Shown piece by piece: positions 1 through 12,624 of a stretch of DNA of 32,000 bases. The position numbers and the translations under genes are program-made. The stretch covers positions 281,865-313,864 of the forward strand of contig NC_001263.1 of the NCBI RefSeq assembly GCF_000008565.1, read 5' to 3'. Source of the DNA: Deinococcus radiodurans R1 = ATCC 13939 = DSM 20539 (GTDB lineage: Bacteria > Deinococcota > Deinococci > Deinococcales > Deinococcaceae). The notes beneath the pieces are model-generated. The model was not told where the DNA came from and made no database searches. It saw nothing but the letters and a program-made list of their open reading frames with translations. Within the stretch, counting starts at the first letter, position 1; every line of letters begins with the position of its first letter.

Positions 1-187
1 GGACCACATCCGACCCGCGCAAGGTCCGGGCGCAGCTCGACGCCGCCGCCAAGGCGCTGCCGCAGTCCAAGACCGTCTACAAGGTCTTCGGGGTCACGCC
101 GCAGGCCACATGGACGCCGAGTTCCTGATCGCGAGCGCCAAGGGCGGCAAGTACACCAAGCTGCGCGCCGACAAGACCTACAAGTAA
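1..187 (+). CDS. ABC transporter substrate-binding protein (branched-chain amino acid / LivJ type), 3' end; the reading frame changes near 104-105
   Basis: Frame 3 reads TTSDPRKVRAQLDAAAKALPQSKTVYKVFGVTPQATWTPSS* with its stop at 126-128. Frame 2 continues GHMDAEFLIASAKGGKYTKLRADKTYK* with its stop at 185-187. The joined sequence FGVTPQ-GHMDAEFLIASAKGGKY looks like a typical LivJ-family C-terminus. The gene lies directly upstream of livHMGF-type genes. Confidence 0.5.
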   Translation, partial: DHIRPAQGPGAARRRRQGAAAVQDRLQGLRGHAAGHMDAEFLIASAKGGKYTKLRADKTYK

Positions 188-220
188 GCCGCTGACCGAG
201 GCGGCAAGACAAGGGCACAA

Positions 221-256
221 GGGCGTCCCGGTTCCTGGGGGACGCGCCTTTTCTTT
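221..256 (+). terminator. Rho-independent terminator or attenuator between the binding-protein gene and the permease genes
   Basis: GGGCGTCCC (221-229) pairs with GGGACGC(G)CC (239-248), and the stem is followed by TTTTCTTT. Confidence 0.6.
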
Positions 257-307
257 CCCCGCCCCCGCTTTTCGCCGCCCCGTTTCCCACGTGACAGGAG
301 CTTTCCC

Positions 308-1165
308 TTGACCACAGTTTTGCAACAACTTTTCAACGCGCTCGCGCTCGGCGGGGTGTACGCCCTGGTCGCGCTGGGGCTGACGCTGGTCTACGGCGTG
401 ATGAAAATTCCCAACTTCGCCCACGGCGGACTGTACATGCTCGGCGCTTACCTTTCTTACGCGGGCATCAGCTCGCTGGGGCTGGGGTACGTGCCCGCGC
501 TGCTGCTCTCTGCCGTCGTCGTGGCGCTGCTCGCTGCCCTGATGGAACGGGTCATTTTCTTCCCGCTGCGCAACGCGCCGCACGTGCAGCCCATGATTGC
601 CGCGCTGGGCGTGCTGTTTTTTCTGGAAGCCGGGGTGCAGCTCATCTGGGGCGCCGACTTCAAGCAGGTGGCCGAGCCAATCCCAGGCATCCTCAATATC
701 GGCGGCGTCACGATCACCTGGCAGCGCCTGATCGTGCTCGTCGCCAGCGTGGTCGCCATGCTGGGGCTGAACTTCTTCCTGCGCCGCACCCTGACCGGCG
801 CCACCATCGAGGCGATGGCGCAAAACCGTGAGGGCGCACGGCTCGTCGGCATCAACACCGGGCGGGTCGGGATGCTCACCTTCGCCATCTCGGGGGCACT
901 CGCGGCCATCGGGGCATCTCTCATCGCGCCCATCGTGTCGGTCACCCCGGCGATGGGTGAAATCATGAACCTCAAGGTCTTCGCCATCATCATCCTGGGC
1001 GGCATGGGCAGCATTCCCGGCGCCATCGTGGGGGCTTTTTTGCTCGCCTTCGCTGAAGTGTTCGGCGGCTACATCAACCTCGACTTTGCTGAGGTCATCG
1101 GCTTCGCGGTGCTGGTGGTCGTGCTCGCCATTCGTCCGCAGGGCCTGTTCCGGAGGGCCGCATGA
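308..1165 (+). CDS. livH: Branched-chain amino acid ABC transporter permease (LivH family)
   Basis: The ORF encodes 285 aa of polytopic membrane protein beginning [30 protein letters not shown], a typical LivH N-terminus. It has a TTG start, and AGGAG lies at 296-300, 7 nt upstream. Confidence 0.9.
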   Translation: MTTVLQQLFNALALGGVYALVALGLTLVYGVMKIPNFAHGGLYMLGAYLSYAGISSLGLGYVPALLLSAVVVALLAALMERVIFFPLRNAPHVQPMIAALGVLFFLEAGVQLIWGADFKQVAEPIPGILNIGGVTITWQRLIVLVASVVAMLGLNFFLRRTLTGATIEAMAQNREGARLVGINTGRVGMLTFAISGALAAIGASLIAPIVSVTPAMGEIMNLKVFAIIILGGMGSIPGAIVGAFLLAFAEVFGGYINLDFAEVIGFAVLVVVLAIRPQGLFRRAA

Positions 1166-2166
1166 TGGGCGCCAGAGGCAAGAGTACAGCGGCGTGGCTG
1201 TGGATTCCGGCATTTTTGCTGGCGGCGGCGGTGCCGTTTTTGCACCCCAGCGGCTTTACCATGGAGCTGCTCATCAACGTGATGATCTGGTCCATCGTCA
1301 CCTACGGGCTCAACGTGCTGCTGGGCTACACCGGGCAGTTGCCGCTGGCGCACGCCGGGTTTTTCGGCATCGGGGCGTATACGGTGGGCATCCTGACGCT
1401 CAAGCACGGCTGGAGTTTCTGGGCGGCGTGGCCGCTGGCGGTGGTGCTGTGCGCCCTCGGCGGGCTGCTGCTGGGGCTGGTGGCCTTCCGCACCAAGGGA
1501 GACGCCTTTTCCATCTTCACCCTCGGGGTGGGCGTCATCATTCAGCAGGTCATCAACAAGTGGGACGCCCTGACCGGCGGCAACGACGGCCTCAACGGGA
1601 TTGCGCCGCCCGCCGGGCTCGATACTTTCGCGCACGGGCTGGGGCTCAAGCTCAATGGGGGCTTTTACCTGCTGGCGCTGCTCGCGCTCGCACTCACGGT
1701 GCTGGTCGCGGCGCGGGCACGGCACAGCGTCTTCGGGCGTTCGCTGCTCGCCATCCGGGGTGGGGAAGACCTCGCCCGCAGCGCCGGGATTGACGTGTTC
1801 GGCCATAAGCTGCGGGCCATGATGCTCTCCACCGCCATCGCGGGCTTCGCGGGTGGGCTGTACGCCGTCTACGTGGGCTTTCTCGGCTCGGCGGTGACAG
1901 GGCCGGTAACCACCTTCACCACGCTGCTCTACCTGCTCGTCGGCGGGGTGGGCACGCTGCTCGGGCCGCTGCTCGGTACCGCGCTGATGTACGGGCTGAC
2001 CCAGCTCCTCAAGGACTTGCAGGACTACCAGTACATCGTCTTCGGGCCGCTGCTGGTGCTGCTGGTGATGTTCATGCCGCAGGGCCTCGTCGGCCTGTGG
2101 GAAAAGGTCCGTGCCCGGCGCCGCCCGGTGTCCGCGCCTTCCGCCGCAGAGGTGAGCCATGACTAA
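1162..2166 (+). CDS. livM: Branched-chain amino acid ABC transporter permease (LivM family)
   Basis: The ORF encodes a 334-aa hydrophobic protein containing [22 protein letters not shown], a LivM-type motif. Its start overlaps the livH stop by 4 nt. Confidence 0.9.
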   Translation: MMGARGKSTAAWLWIPAFLLAAAVPFLHPSGFTMELLINVMIWSIVTYGLNVLLGYTGQLPLAHAGFFGIGAYTVGILTLKHGWSFWAAWPLAVVLCALGGLLLGLVAFRTKGDAFSIFTLGVGVIIQQVINKWDALTGGNDGLNGIAPPAGLDTFAHGLGLKLNGGFYLLALLALALTVLVAARARHSVFGRSLLAIRGGEDLARSAGIDVFGHKLRAMMLSTAIAGFAGGLYAVYVGFLGSAVTGPVTTFTTLLYLLVGGVGTLLGPLLGTALMYGLTQLLKDLQDYQYIVFGPLLVLLVMFMPQGLVGLWEKVRARRRPVSAPSAAEVSHD

Positions 2167-3031
2167 CCCGAGCACCCCACCGCTGTCAGGGGCCCCGTTG
2201 CTGGAAGTGCAGGGCCTCGGCATCCGCTTCGGCGGGCTGCACGCGGTGCGCGACGTGACCGCGCAGCTGCAACCGGGCCGCATCACCGCCATCATCGGAC
2301 CCAACGGCGCGGGCAAAAGCACCTTCTTCAACCTGATCTCGGGCTTTTACAAACCCACCTCGGGCCGCATCATCTTCCGGGGCGAGGACATCACCCCGCT
2401 GCGCACCCACCTGGTCGTCGGGCGCGGCATCGCCCGCACCTTTCAGACGACCACCATCTACCAGGAACTCAGCGTGCTCGACAACGCCATGATCGGCCAC
2501 CGCGTCCGCACCCGCGCCGGACTGCTCGACGCGCTGCTCCGCACGGGCCGCGAGCGCCACGACGAGAGTGAGAGCCGCGCCGGAGCGATGCGGGCGCTCG
2601 AACGGGTGGGCCTCGCCGGACAGGCCGCGCTCCCCGCCGGGGCGCTCAACCAGGAAGGCAAAAAGCGCGTCGGCATCGCCATGGCGCTCGCCAGCGACCC
2701 GCACCTGCTGCTGCTCGACGAACCCGCCGCCGGGATGAACCCCGAGGAAACGGAAAACCTGATGGGCCTGATTCGCCAACTGGTGTCGGGCGGCCTGAGC
2801 ATCGCGCTGGTCGAGCACAAGATGAACCTGGTGATGGGCCTGGCCGACGACATCCTGGTGCTGCACCACGGCCAGAAAATCGCCCAGGGCACCCCGGCGC
2901 AGATCACCCGCGACCCGGCGGTGGTCGAAGCCTACCTCGGCTCGCACGCCCACGGCGGGCAGATGGGTCAGGAGCAGGAGCAGGGCGGGCAACCGGGCAC
3001 CGTTCAGGACGCGGGGGTCGACCATGCTTGA
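2159..3031 (+). CDS. livG: Branched-chain amino acid ABC transporter ATP-binding protein (LivG family)
   Basis: The 290-aa protein has Walker [10 protein letters not shown], Walker [11 protein letters not shown] and an H-loop (VEHKM). It overlaps both neighbouring genes. Confidence 0.9.
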   Translation: MTNPSTPPLSGAPLLEVQGLGIRFGGLHAVRDVTAQLQPGRITAIIGPNGAGKSTFFNLISGFYKPTSGRIIFRGEDITPLRTHLVVGRGIARTFQTTTIYQELSVLDNAMIGHRVRTRAGLLDALLRTGRERHDESESRAGAMRALERVGLAGQAALPAGALNQEGKKRVGIAMALASDPHLLLLDEPAAGMNPEETENLMGLIRQLVSGGLSIALVEHKMNLVMGLADDILVLHHGQKIAQGTPAQITRDPAVVEAYLGSHAHGGQMGQEQEQGGQPGTVQDAGVDHA

Positions 3032-3731
3032 AGTCCGCGACCTGAGCGTCAAATACGGCAACTTCACGGCGCTCCACAGCATCAACCTCACCGTGCAGCC
3101 CGGCGAAATCGTGGTGCTGCTCGGCGCCAACGGCGCGGGCAAAAGCACGCTGTTTCGCACCCTCAGCGGCCTGCAACGGCCCTCGGGCGGCGCGGCGACC
3201 TGGCAGGGCACCCCGCTGACCGGCGGCAAACCCGAGTTCAACGTGTCGCACGGGGTGTCGCAGTGCCCCGAAGGCCGCCTGCTCTTTCCCGAACTGAGCG
3301 TGGAAAAAAACCTGCGGCTCGGCGCCTACGTTCACCGCCGGGACGCAGCGGGCAACGAGCGCGAGCTGGAAAAGGTCTACGAGCTCTTTCCCGCGATGGT
3401 GGACAAGCGCCACGCCCCGGCGGGCAGCCTCTCGGGCGGGCAACAGCAGATGGTGGCGATTGGCCGGGCGCTGATGGCGCGGCCCTCGCTTCTGCTGCTC
3501 GACGAACCGAGCCTCGGCCTCGCCCCGCTGGTGGTCGAGCAGGTGCTCGCCGCCGCGCAGCAGATCAACGCGCAGGGCGTGAGCGTGCTGCTCGCCGAGC
3601 AAAACGCCTACGCCGCGCTGAGCATTGCCCACCGGGGCTACGTGCTCGAAAGCGGTCAGGTGACTTTGCAGGGCACGGCGCAGGAACTGATGAACGATGA
3701 CCGGGTGCGGAGCGCCTACCTGGGCGTTTGA
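3024..3731 (+). CDS. livF: Branched-chain amino acid ABC transporter ATP-binding protein (LivF family)
   Basis: The 235-aa protein has Walker [10 protein letters not shown], the signature LSGGQQQM and Walker B LLLLDEPS. Its C-terminus RVRSAYLG is typical of LivF. Confidence 0.9.
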   Translation: MLEVRDLSVKYGNFTALHSINLTVQPGEIVVLLGANGAGKSTLFRTLSGLQRPSGGAATWQGTPLTGGKPEFNVSHGVSQCPEGRLLFPELSVEKNLRLGAYVHRRDAAGNERELEKVYELFPAMVDKRHAPAGSLSGGQQQMVAIGRALMARPSLLLLDEPSLGLAPLVVEQVLAAAQQINAQGVSVLLAEQNAYAALSIAHRGYVLESGQVTLQGTAQELMNDDRVRSAYLGV

Positions 3732-3773
3732 GGCAGGACTTCTCTGCTTTCTGAGAAACCAAGCGTCAGGGCA

Positions 3774-3817
3774 GCCGGGCAAGGGAAAGCACAGTTCTCC
3801 CTTGTCCGGCTCCTTTT
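3774..3817 (+). terminator. Rho-independent terminator of the liv-type operon
   Basis: GCCGGGCAAGGGA (3774-3786) pairs with TCCCTTGTCCGGC (3798-3810) in a 13-bp stem with one G-U pair. The stem is followed by TCCTTTT. Confidence 0.75.
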
Positions 3818-3869
3818 GTGCCGCTTTGCCTTAATCGTTCCGAAGCTGACCATTTCCTGACTTAATGTC

Positions 3870-3898
3870 TTTAAATCCTTCTCACGCCTCTCTAGAAT
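3870..3898 (+). promoter_or_regulatory. Sigma-70-like promoter TTTAAA-N17-TAGAAT placed for a leaderless transcript of the lipoprotein gene
   Basis: TTTAAA lies at 3870-3875 and TAGAAT at 3893-3898. The ATG at 3906 is only 7 nt downstream of the -10 box, and no usable SD fits in that spacing. The region is locally AT-rich. Confidence 0.45.
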
Positions 3899-3905
3899 GT
3901 GAGGC

Positions 3906-4613
3906 ATGAATCAAAATTTTCGGAGACTGAGCCTGCTCGCAGGCAGCGTGGCGCTTGCCAGCCTGCTCACCGCTTGCCCAGGCCGGCGCATGTATGACCC
4001 GGGCGTGACGCTGAGGTTTTCGCTTCCCGAGGGAGAGAGCCAGAGTGGGCCGATGGCGATTCAGGCGATGTACACCACCCGCGACGAGGCGGGGCAGGTC
4101 GTCATGAAGCCGCTGCCTGAAGGCTCGGGCTACGGCTACTTTGGTGGCCGCGAGGGGAGCATCACGCTGAACAAGGTGAGCCTCGACAAGGTGCTCGCTG
4201 ACGGGAAGTGCTTGCCCTACCGCGCCGACAAGGTGACCCGCGTGACTGAGCCGGCGGCGGTCCGCAGCTGCGACATCAACTTCTTCGTGTACAGCGGCTC
4301 GGCGAACAGCCCGGCGCAGCCCAGCAGCGCCAACCTGCGCTACCTGACCCACGACACCTACAGCTACGCGGGCCAGAACTTCACCTACACCTCGGCGTTC
4401 AGCGACAAGGGCCTGACCTCGCAGGAAACCGGCACCCGCCGCGCGGGCTGGTCGCTGGTGCGCCACCTCGTGCTCCACCCGTCGGACGCACCGAACACCT
4501 ACCGCGTCGTGCGTGACAGCGTGGAAGACAGCCAGCTCAACTTGCCCATCACCCTGCACGCCCCCAGCGACTACTTCACCAGCATGGGCGTGAGCACCGG
4601 AGGTGCCCAGTGA
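3906..4613 (+). CDS. Hypothetical lipoprotein (paralogue A)
   Basis: The 235-aa protein has a signal peptide with the lipobox LLTAC (MNQNFRRLSLLAGSVALASLLTAC). I recognise no family. Confidence 0.8.
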   Translation: MNQNFRRLSLLAGSVALASLLTACPGRRMYDPGVTLRFSLPEGESQSGPMAIQAMYTTRDEAGQVVMKPLPEGSGYGYFGGREGSITLNKVSLDKVLADGKCLPYRADKVTRVTEPAAVRSCDINFFVYSGSANSPAQPSSANLRYLTHDTYSYAGQNFTYTSAFSDKGLTSQETGTRRAGWSLVRHLVLHPSDAPNTYRVVRDSVEDSQLNLPITLHAPSDYFTSMGVSTGGAQ

Positions 4614-5248
4614 CCAGCCATACAGTGAAAAGCCAGACAGCGAAACTCACTCCCCTGCTGGCCCTGACCGTCCTCGGCGCGGCGCTAGTCTCATGCGGCC
4701 AGCAAAACACGGCCCCCAACCTCGGCGGCCTGCCCCCGCTCGACACCGGCATCACCGTGCGTTTCGACGCCGCGCCGGACAACACCTACCTGACCCTGAG
4801 CACCGATGAGGACGCCGCGAGCAAGGTGGTCTATCAGAAGGCCGTCCCGACGGGTGCGCGCGACTTCAAGCCCGACCTCAACGACTGGAAGGCGCTGTCC
4901 AAAGACGCCGTAGCACTCACCCTGCCCGGCGGTCAGACCACCCCGGCGGTGCTGTTCCTGAAATGGGGCATGTTCCAGGACAAGAACAGCAACGGCAAGC
5001 CCGACGCGGGCGAGTGGCTGAACCGCATGACCCATGACCGCGTGGCCTACGCCGACAAAGCCTTCCAGGCCGAGTTCGATGAACCTGCCGCCATGCATCA
5101 GGTGTGGAACATCGCCTCCGGCTGGAGCCGCGCCGAGCACTACGTCTACGCCCCGCTGGAAGGCAAGGACGACTTCCGGCGCTTCTCGCGCAGCACCACG
5201 TTCTGGGACTTCACGCTGCATGTGGAGACGCCACTGAGCAGCATGTAA
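4610..5248 (+). CDS. Hypothetical lipoprotein (paralogue B)
   Basis: The 212-aa protein has the lipobox ALVSC. Its GTG start overlaps the upstream TGA (GTGA). It shares blocks with the upstream protein: G[VI]T[LV]RF, [LM]THD..[SA]YA, [AS]GWS...H.V..P and a C-terminal [ST]SM. Confidence 0.8.
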   Translation: MTSHTVKSQTAKLTPLLALTVLGAALVSCGQQNTAPNLGGLPPLDTGITVRFDAAPDNTYLTLSTDEDAASKVVYQKAVPTGARDFKPDLNDWKALSKDAVALTLPGGQTTPAVLFLKWGMFQDKNSNGKPDAGEWLNRMTHDRVAYADKAFQAEFDEPAAMHQVWNIASGWSRAEHYVYAPLEGKDDFRRFSRSTTFWDFTLHVETPLSSM

Positions 5249-5380
5249 GCAGGTAAGCGGTGAGGGGCGGGGGAGCAGAGCGCGGCGTCGGCGGCCCCTC
5301 CCCCCGCCGCGCCGTATTTGCCTCCCGAACGGTAACGCCCCCCTCGGCCTGACAGCGCCGGGAGGGGTATTCTGGGGATT

Positions 5381-8251
<2,871 letters not shown>

Positions 8252-8271
8252 GCCCGCACCACAAAGCAGCA

Positions 8272-8316
8272 AAGAGGAGGGGAGGCCCGCGCAGGCGCCT
8301 TCCCCCTCTTCTTTTA
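8272..8316 (+). terminator. Rho-independent terminator after sucA
   Basis: AAGAGGAGGGGAGGC pairs with GCCTTCCCCCTCTT in a stem of about 14 bp with one bulge, followed by CTTTTATT. Confidence 0.7.
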
Positions 8317-8374
8317 TTGCCTGCCTGCTTGCTGACCTTTTGAAGCCCGGACGGTGCAGGCGCTACGCTGAGCC

Positions 8375-9418
8375 ATGCGCCGAATGTTCGCCCCGCTGCT
8401 GCTCGCTGCGGCCCTGCTGTCCGCTGCTGCCCAGGCCCAGGCGGTCTATGGCCCACCCGCACCCCCGGCACCTGTATCCCCAGCGCCTGGACTCCCTGCG
8501 CCCGTCACGCCCGCGCCGGCTGCGGCTGTGGCAGTCGCTCCCGGCCTCGCGCTGACCGCTCCCGCAGATACCCTACGCGAGTACCGTCTGAGCGAAACGA
8601 CCCGCGTGCGCTACGACAACGTGCAACTTGAGGTGAGCGGGGGCACGCCGGAGACAGCGGCGGCCTTTCAGAACCAGTTTCGCGCCGCGCTGCGGGCCCG
8701 CGAGGGCGAGCGGACCCTGAACGCCAAGCAGTTTCTCAAGGTGCTGCCCGCCGAGGGCACGCCGGGGCGTTACCTCTGGAACACCATCAGCAGCGAAGGC
8801 GGCAAGGCGGTGTCGTCGCGCTCGCTGCGGACGCTGGGCACGGCGGACGGCGGCACCCTGACCTTCCAGCCCGAGGCGGTGGCTGCCGGCACCGACCCCA
8901 GCGTGGCTGCGCTGCTCGCGCCCGTGCAGGCCGAACTCGCCCGCACCCACGCCGAACTGCTCGCGGGCCTCGACCCGGCCAGCTTCGGGCTGCTGCGCGG
9001 CGGCCCGGCGGCGGGCAGTCCCAAGCCGGGGCAGGGCTTCGTGCGTCTGAAGACCTTGCAGCCGCCCTCGCCGCTCATGTCGCTGCCGGGGCAACAGGTG
9101 GTGGGGGCGCCGCTGCAAGTCGAGCAGCAACTGCGCTTCGAGAACGAGGAGGGTGGGCAGCTCGTCTTTTTCCGTCAGGCGCGGGTGGTGCAGCCGGGGC
9201 AGCTGCTGAGCGGGTCGGTCGAGGGCCTGATGACCCTGTCGCGCTACGTCTACGACGGCGAACTGCGCCTGACTCCCGATGGCCTGCCGGTCAGTGCCGA
9301 GCGCGGCGAAGCCTACGCCGTGCAGATGTCAGGCCGCCTCAAGCAGGGCGACCTGAGCGCGACCTACAGCTTGAACGTGACGGTGACCTCGCTGCTGACG
9401 CTGACGCCGGTCAAATAA
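8375..9418 (+). CDS. Hypothetical secreted protein with a Pro/Ala-rich N-terminal linker
   Basis: The 347-aa protein has a signal peptide MRRMFAPLLLAAALLSAAAQAQA with an AXA cleavage site, followed by PPAPPAPVSPAPGLPAPVTPAPAA. I recognise no family. Confidence 0.75.
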   Translation: MRRMFAPLLLAAALLSAAAQAQAVYGPPAPPAPVSPAPGLPAPVTPAPAAAVAVAPGLALTAPADTLREYRLSETTRVRYDNVQLEVSGGTPETAAAFQNQFRAALRAREGERTLNAKQFLKVLPAEGTPGRYLWNTISSEGGKAVSSRSLRTLGTADGGTLTFQPEAVAAGTDPSVAALLAPVQAELARTHAELLAGLDPASFGLLRGGPAAGSPKPGQGFVRLKTLQPPSPLMSLPGQQVVGAPLQVEQQLRFENEEGGQLVFFRQARVVQPGQLLSGSVEGLMTLSRYVYDGELRLTPDGLPVSAERGEAYAVQMSGRLKQGDLSATYSLNVTVTSLLTLTPVK

Positions 9419-9499
9419 TCGGACCGTCCTCGCAGGCCAGTCACTAAGCCTTCTGGCCTAGCACCGTAAAGCGCGGCGGCGCGGTGTACCCTGCCCGTC

Positions 9500-10168
<669 letters not shown>

Positions 10169-10177
<9 letters not shown>

Positions 10178-10237
10178 TGGTGAACGGTTGATGGAGAAGC
10201 AGCTTTTCCTATCAACCATCAACCCTCTCCCATCAAC
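10169..10237. repeat. Imperfect inverted repeat built from TTGATGG / CCATCAA units, spanning the nth stop codon
   Basis: GAGGGTTGATGG (10169-10180) and GGTTGATGG (10186-10194) face ATCAACC (10211-10217) and ATCAACCCTC (10218-10227). A third CATCAAC lies at 10231-10237. Confidence 0.6.
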
Positions 10238-10252
10238 GCACCGGGGCCGCCC

Positions 10253-11473
10253 ATGAGCTGGCGCTTTACCCGGCAGGTCTGGCTGTACCTGCTCTCGGCC
10301 TTCAGCTTCGGGCTGTCGCAGGCGTTCATGATGCTGTTTCTCAATTTCTACCTGCGGGCGCTGGGCCTCGACCCGGCGTGGCAGGGCTTTCTCAACGCGC
10401 TGCCCGCGCTGACCCTGGCGGCGCTGAGCCTGCCGGCGGTGGCGCTCGCCCGGCGCATCAGCAACGCGCACACCCTCAAGGTCGGCGCGGCGCTGAGTAT
10501 GCTCGGCACGCTGCTGATGGCGCTCGCGCACGGGCCGGTGCTGGTCATCGTGGGCGGGCTGATTCAGGGCGCAGGCTCGGCGCTGAGCGTGGTTGCCGGG
10601 GCGCCCTTCATGGCGAACAACAGCGACGAAAAGTCGCGGGTGGCGCTGTTCAGCGTGCAAAGCGCCCTGATGACCGGCGCCGGCTTTCTGGGCAACCTGC
10701 TGGGGGGCCGGGTGCCCGAACTGTACGCGGCAGCCACCCACACGCTGCCGAGCAGCCTGGGCGCCCTGCGCGTGGCCCTGCTCGTTGCGGCGGGACTGCA
10801 ACTGCTGGGGCTCTTGCCGGTGCTGTTCCTGCGTCCGAGCGGCAAGACCCGGCCCGCGGGCCGCAGCCTCGCCGTGCGCGACAAGGCCACCATGGCCCGG
10901 CTGGTCTTTCCCAACGTGCTGGTGGGCCTGGGGGCGGGGGCGACCATTCCCTTTCTGAACGTGTATATCGAGGGCCGCTTTCACGTGGATTACGCCAGCC
11001 TGGGCAGCCTGTTCGCCTGGACCAGCCTGGCGACGGCGCTCACCTCATTGGTGCAGCCCCTGCTGGTGCGGCGGCTCGGGCAGTTGCCGACAGTGCTGGC
11101 GGTGCAGGTGAGCAGCTTGCCGTTTCTGGCGCTGTTGGGCTTCGCGCCGCAGCTCTGGATGGTCACGGTGGCGATGTTTACGCGCGGCGCCCTGATGAAC
11201 GCGGCGGGCCCGGTCTACAGCGCCTACGCCATGACCGTGCTGCCCGAGGAAGACCGGCCCATGTACTCGGCGGTCAACACCATGGCCTGGGACCTGGGCT
11301 GGGCGCTCAGTTCCATGCTCTCAGGCGTGGTGCGCGGGGCGCTGGACTTCAGTCTCGCTTTCAACGTGCTGTTCGGCTGGACGCTGCTGATGTACGCCGC
11401 CAGCGTGCTCGCCATCTATCTGGGGCTCTATCGCCGCGCGGGGGCCGGCGTGCGGGCCGGGGGAGTACACTGA
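10253..11473 (+). CDS. MFS transporter
   Basis: The 406-aa protein has about 12 predicted hydrophobic helices and a basic loop after TM2 (ALARRISNAH) that is typical of MFS proteins. Confidence 0.85.
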   Translation: MSWRFTRQVWLYLLSAFSFGLSQAFMMLFLNFYLRALGLDPAWQGFLNALPALTLAALSLPAVALARRISNAHTLKVGAALSMLGTLLMALAHGPVLVIVGGLIQGAGSALSVVAGAPFMANNSDEKSRVALFSVQSALMTGAGFLGNLLGGRVPELYAAATHTLPSSLGALRVALLVAAGLQLLGLLPVLFLRPSGKTRPAGRSLAVRDKATMARLVFPNVLVGLGAGATIPFLNVYIEGRFHVDYASLGSLFAWTSLATALTSLVQPLLVRRLGQLPTVLAVQVSSLPFLALLGFAPQLWMVTVAMFTRGALMNAAGPVYSAYAMTVLPEEDRPMYSAVNTMAWDLGWALSSMLSGVVRGALDFSLAFNVLFGWTLLMYAASVLAIYLGLYRRAGAGVRAGGVH

Positions 11474-11476
11474 GAC

Positions 11477-12199
11477 TTGATGAGTGAGCTGACTCCTTTG
11501 CAGCGCCTGCACCGCATTCAGGCCATTGACCTGAATCTCGACCGCCTGCGAGCCGAGGAGGGCAACTTCCCCGACGACCTGCGGGCGGCCCGCGCCGAGC
11601 AGGACCGACTGAACAACGACCTCGAAGACACCGAGATCACCCTGGAAGGCTTCGAGAAAAAGGTCCGCCAGCACGAACTCGACCTCGCCAGCCTGCGCGA
11701 ACAGCTGGCCCGCGCCCGCGAAGACCAGGAAAAAAATGCCTTCGACTCGCGTGCCCAGAGCCAGTACGGCAGCCGCATCCAGCAGCTCGAGGAGCGGGCC
11801 GAGGAACTCGAAGAAGACCTCGCCCCCCTGCGCGAGCGGGTGCAGGAGCTGAGCGGCAAGGCGAGCGGTCTGCGTGACCAGCACCGCGCCCTGCGCCCGC
11901 AGCTCGGCGAACTCGAGGACCGTGACGAGGGCCGCATCCAGGGCCTGCGCGACCAGGGCGAAGGCGAACGCCAGGAACGCGCCAGTCTGGTCGAGCACCT
12001 CGACGCCCGCACCGTCAAGGAATACGACATGATCCGCAAGGCGAAAAAGGGTGTCGGCCTCGCCGAGGTCAGGGGCGGACGCTGCTCGGCGTGCAACGTG
12101 ATGCTGCCGGTCAACGTGCAGCAAAAGGTCGCCCAGGCCAAGCTGCCCCCGGTCAAGTGCCCCTCGTGTGGCCGCTTCCTGATTCGCCTCGACGCCTGA
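11477..12199 (+). CDS. Coiled-coil protein with a C-terminal C4 zinc ribbon (COG1579 / DUF164-like)
   Basis: The 240-aa protein is a charged coiled coil ending with CSACN...CPSCGRFLIRL. The start could be TTG 11477 or ATG 11480. Confidence 0.8.
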   Translation: MMSELTPLQRLHRIQAIDLNLDRLRAEEGNFPDDLRAARAEQDRLNNDLEDTEITLEGFEKKVRQHELDLASLREQLARAREDQEKNAFDSRAQSQYGSRIQQLEERAEELEEDLAPLRERVQELSGKASGLRDQHRALRPQLGELEDRDEGRIQGLRDQGEGERQERASLVEHLDARTVKEYDMIRKAKKGVGLAEVRGGRCSACNVMLPVNVQQKVAQAKLPPVKCPSCGRFLIRLDA

Positions 12200-12209
12200 G
12201 CCCAGCTAG

Positions 12210-12249
12210 CAAAAGCCCCACCCGCCAGCTTCGGCTCGGGTGGGGCTTT
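12210..12249. terminator. Bidirectional rho-independent terminator between convergent genes
   Basis: AAAAGCCCCACCCG (12210-12223) pairs with CGGGTGGGGCTTTT (12236-12249). An inner AGC-TTCG-GCT hairpin sits in the loop. A-runs and T-runs flank the stem on both sides. Confidence 0.85.
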
Positions 12250-12270
12250 TCTTGGTAGGAGTGGCTGCTC

Positions 12271-12624
12271 TCAGCCTTCTTGTTTGACGGGCTCCGGCAC
12301 GGCCTGCACCGGGGCCACAGCAGCCGCCACCGCCTGGGGCGTGACCTGCTGCGGAGTCACCGCCGCTGCGGCCACCGGGGTGCCCTGGCCGGCCTCCACC
12401 TGGGGCTGGGCGGCAATGACCTGCACCTGGGCCGGTGCGGGCGCGGCGGGGCCAGCGTCGCGCATGGCGCCGTCGAACTCTTCTTTCAGACCCTGGGTGC
12501 TGCGCCGGAATTCGCGCAGGCCCGCGCCGAGGCTCTTGCCGAGTTCGGGCAGTTTGCGCGGACCAAACACCAGCAGGGCCACGAGCAGGATGATCAGGAT
12601 TTCAGGTGCGCCGAGGTTGGGCAT
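12271..12624 (-). CDS. tatA: Twin-arginine translocase subunit TatA/E
   Basis: The 117-aa protein begins MPNLGAPEILIILLVALLVFGPRKLPELGKSLG, followed by an amphipathic helix and an Ala/Pro/Val/Gln-rich tail. The SD AAGGAG lies upstream. Confidence 0.9.
   Translation of the reverse strand: MPNLGAPEILIILLVALLVFGPRKLPELGKSLGAGLREFRRSTQGLKEEFDGAMRDAGPAAPAPAQVQVIAAQPQVEAGQGTPVAAAAVTPQQVTPQAVAAAVAPVQAVPEPVKQEG

Noticed and set aside
5262-5320. GC-rich helices (GCGCGGCG/CGCCGCGC and a G-run/C-run pairing) after the second lipoprotein gene, as a possible terminator.
   Set aside because: The two pairings compete with each other, and only a weak U-tract (UAUUU) follows. I could not decide on one structure, so I did not list it as a feature.
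9444-9460. A shared 12-mer GCCTTCTGGCCT at 9449-9460 and 13602-13613, both just downstream of gene ends, as a possible repeat family.
   Set aside because: There are only two short copies. Each is simply part of a local AGGCC/GGCCT-type hairpin. Two copies are too few to claim a family without a genome-wide count.
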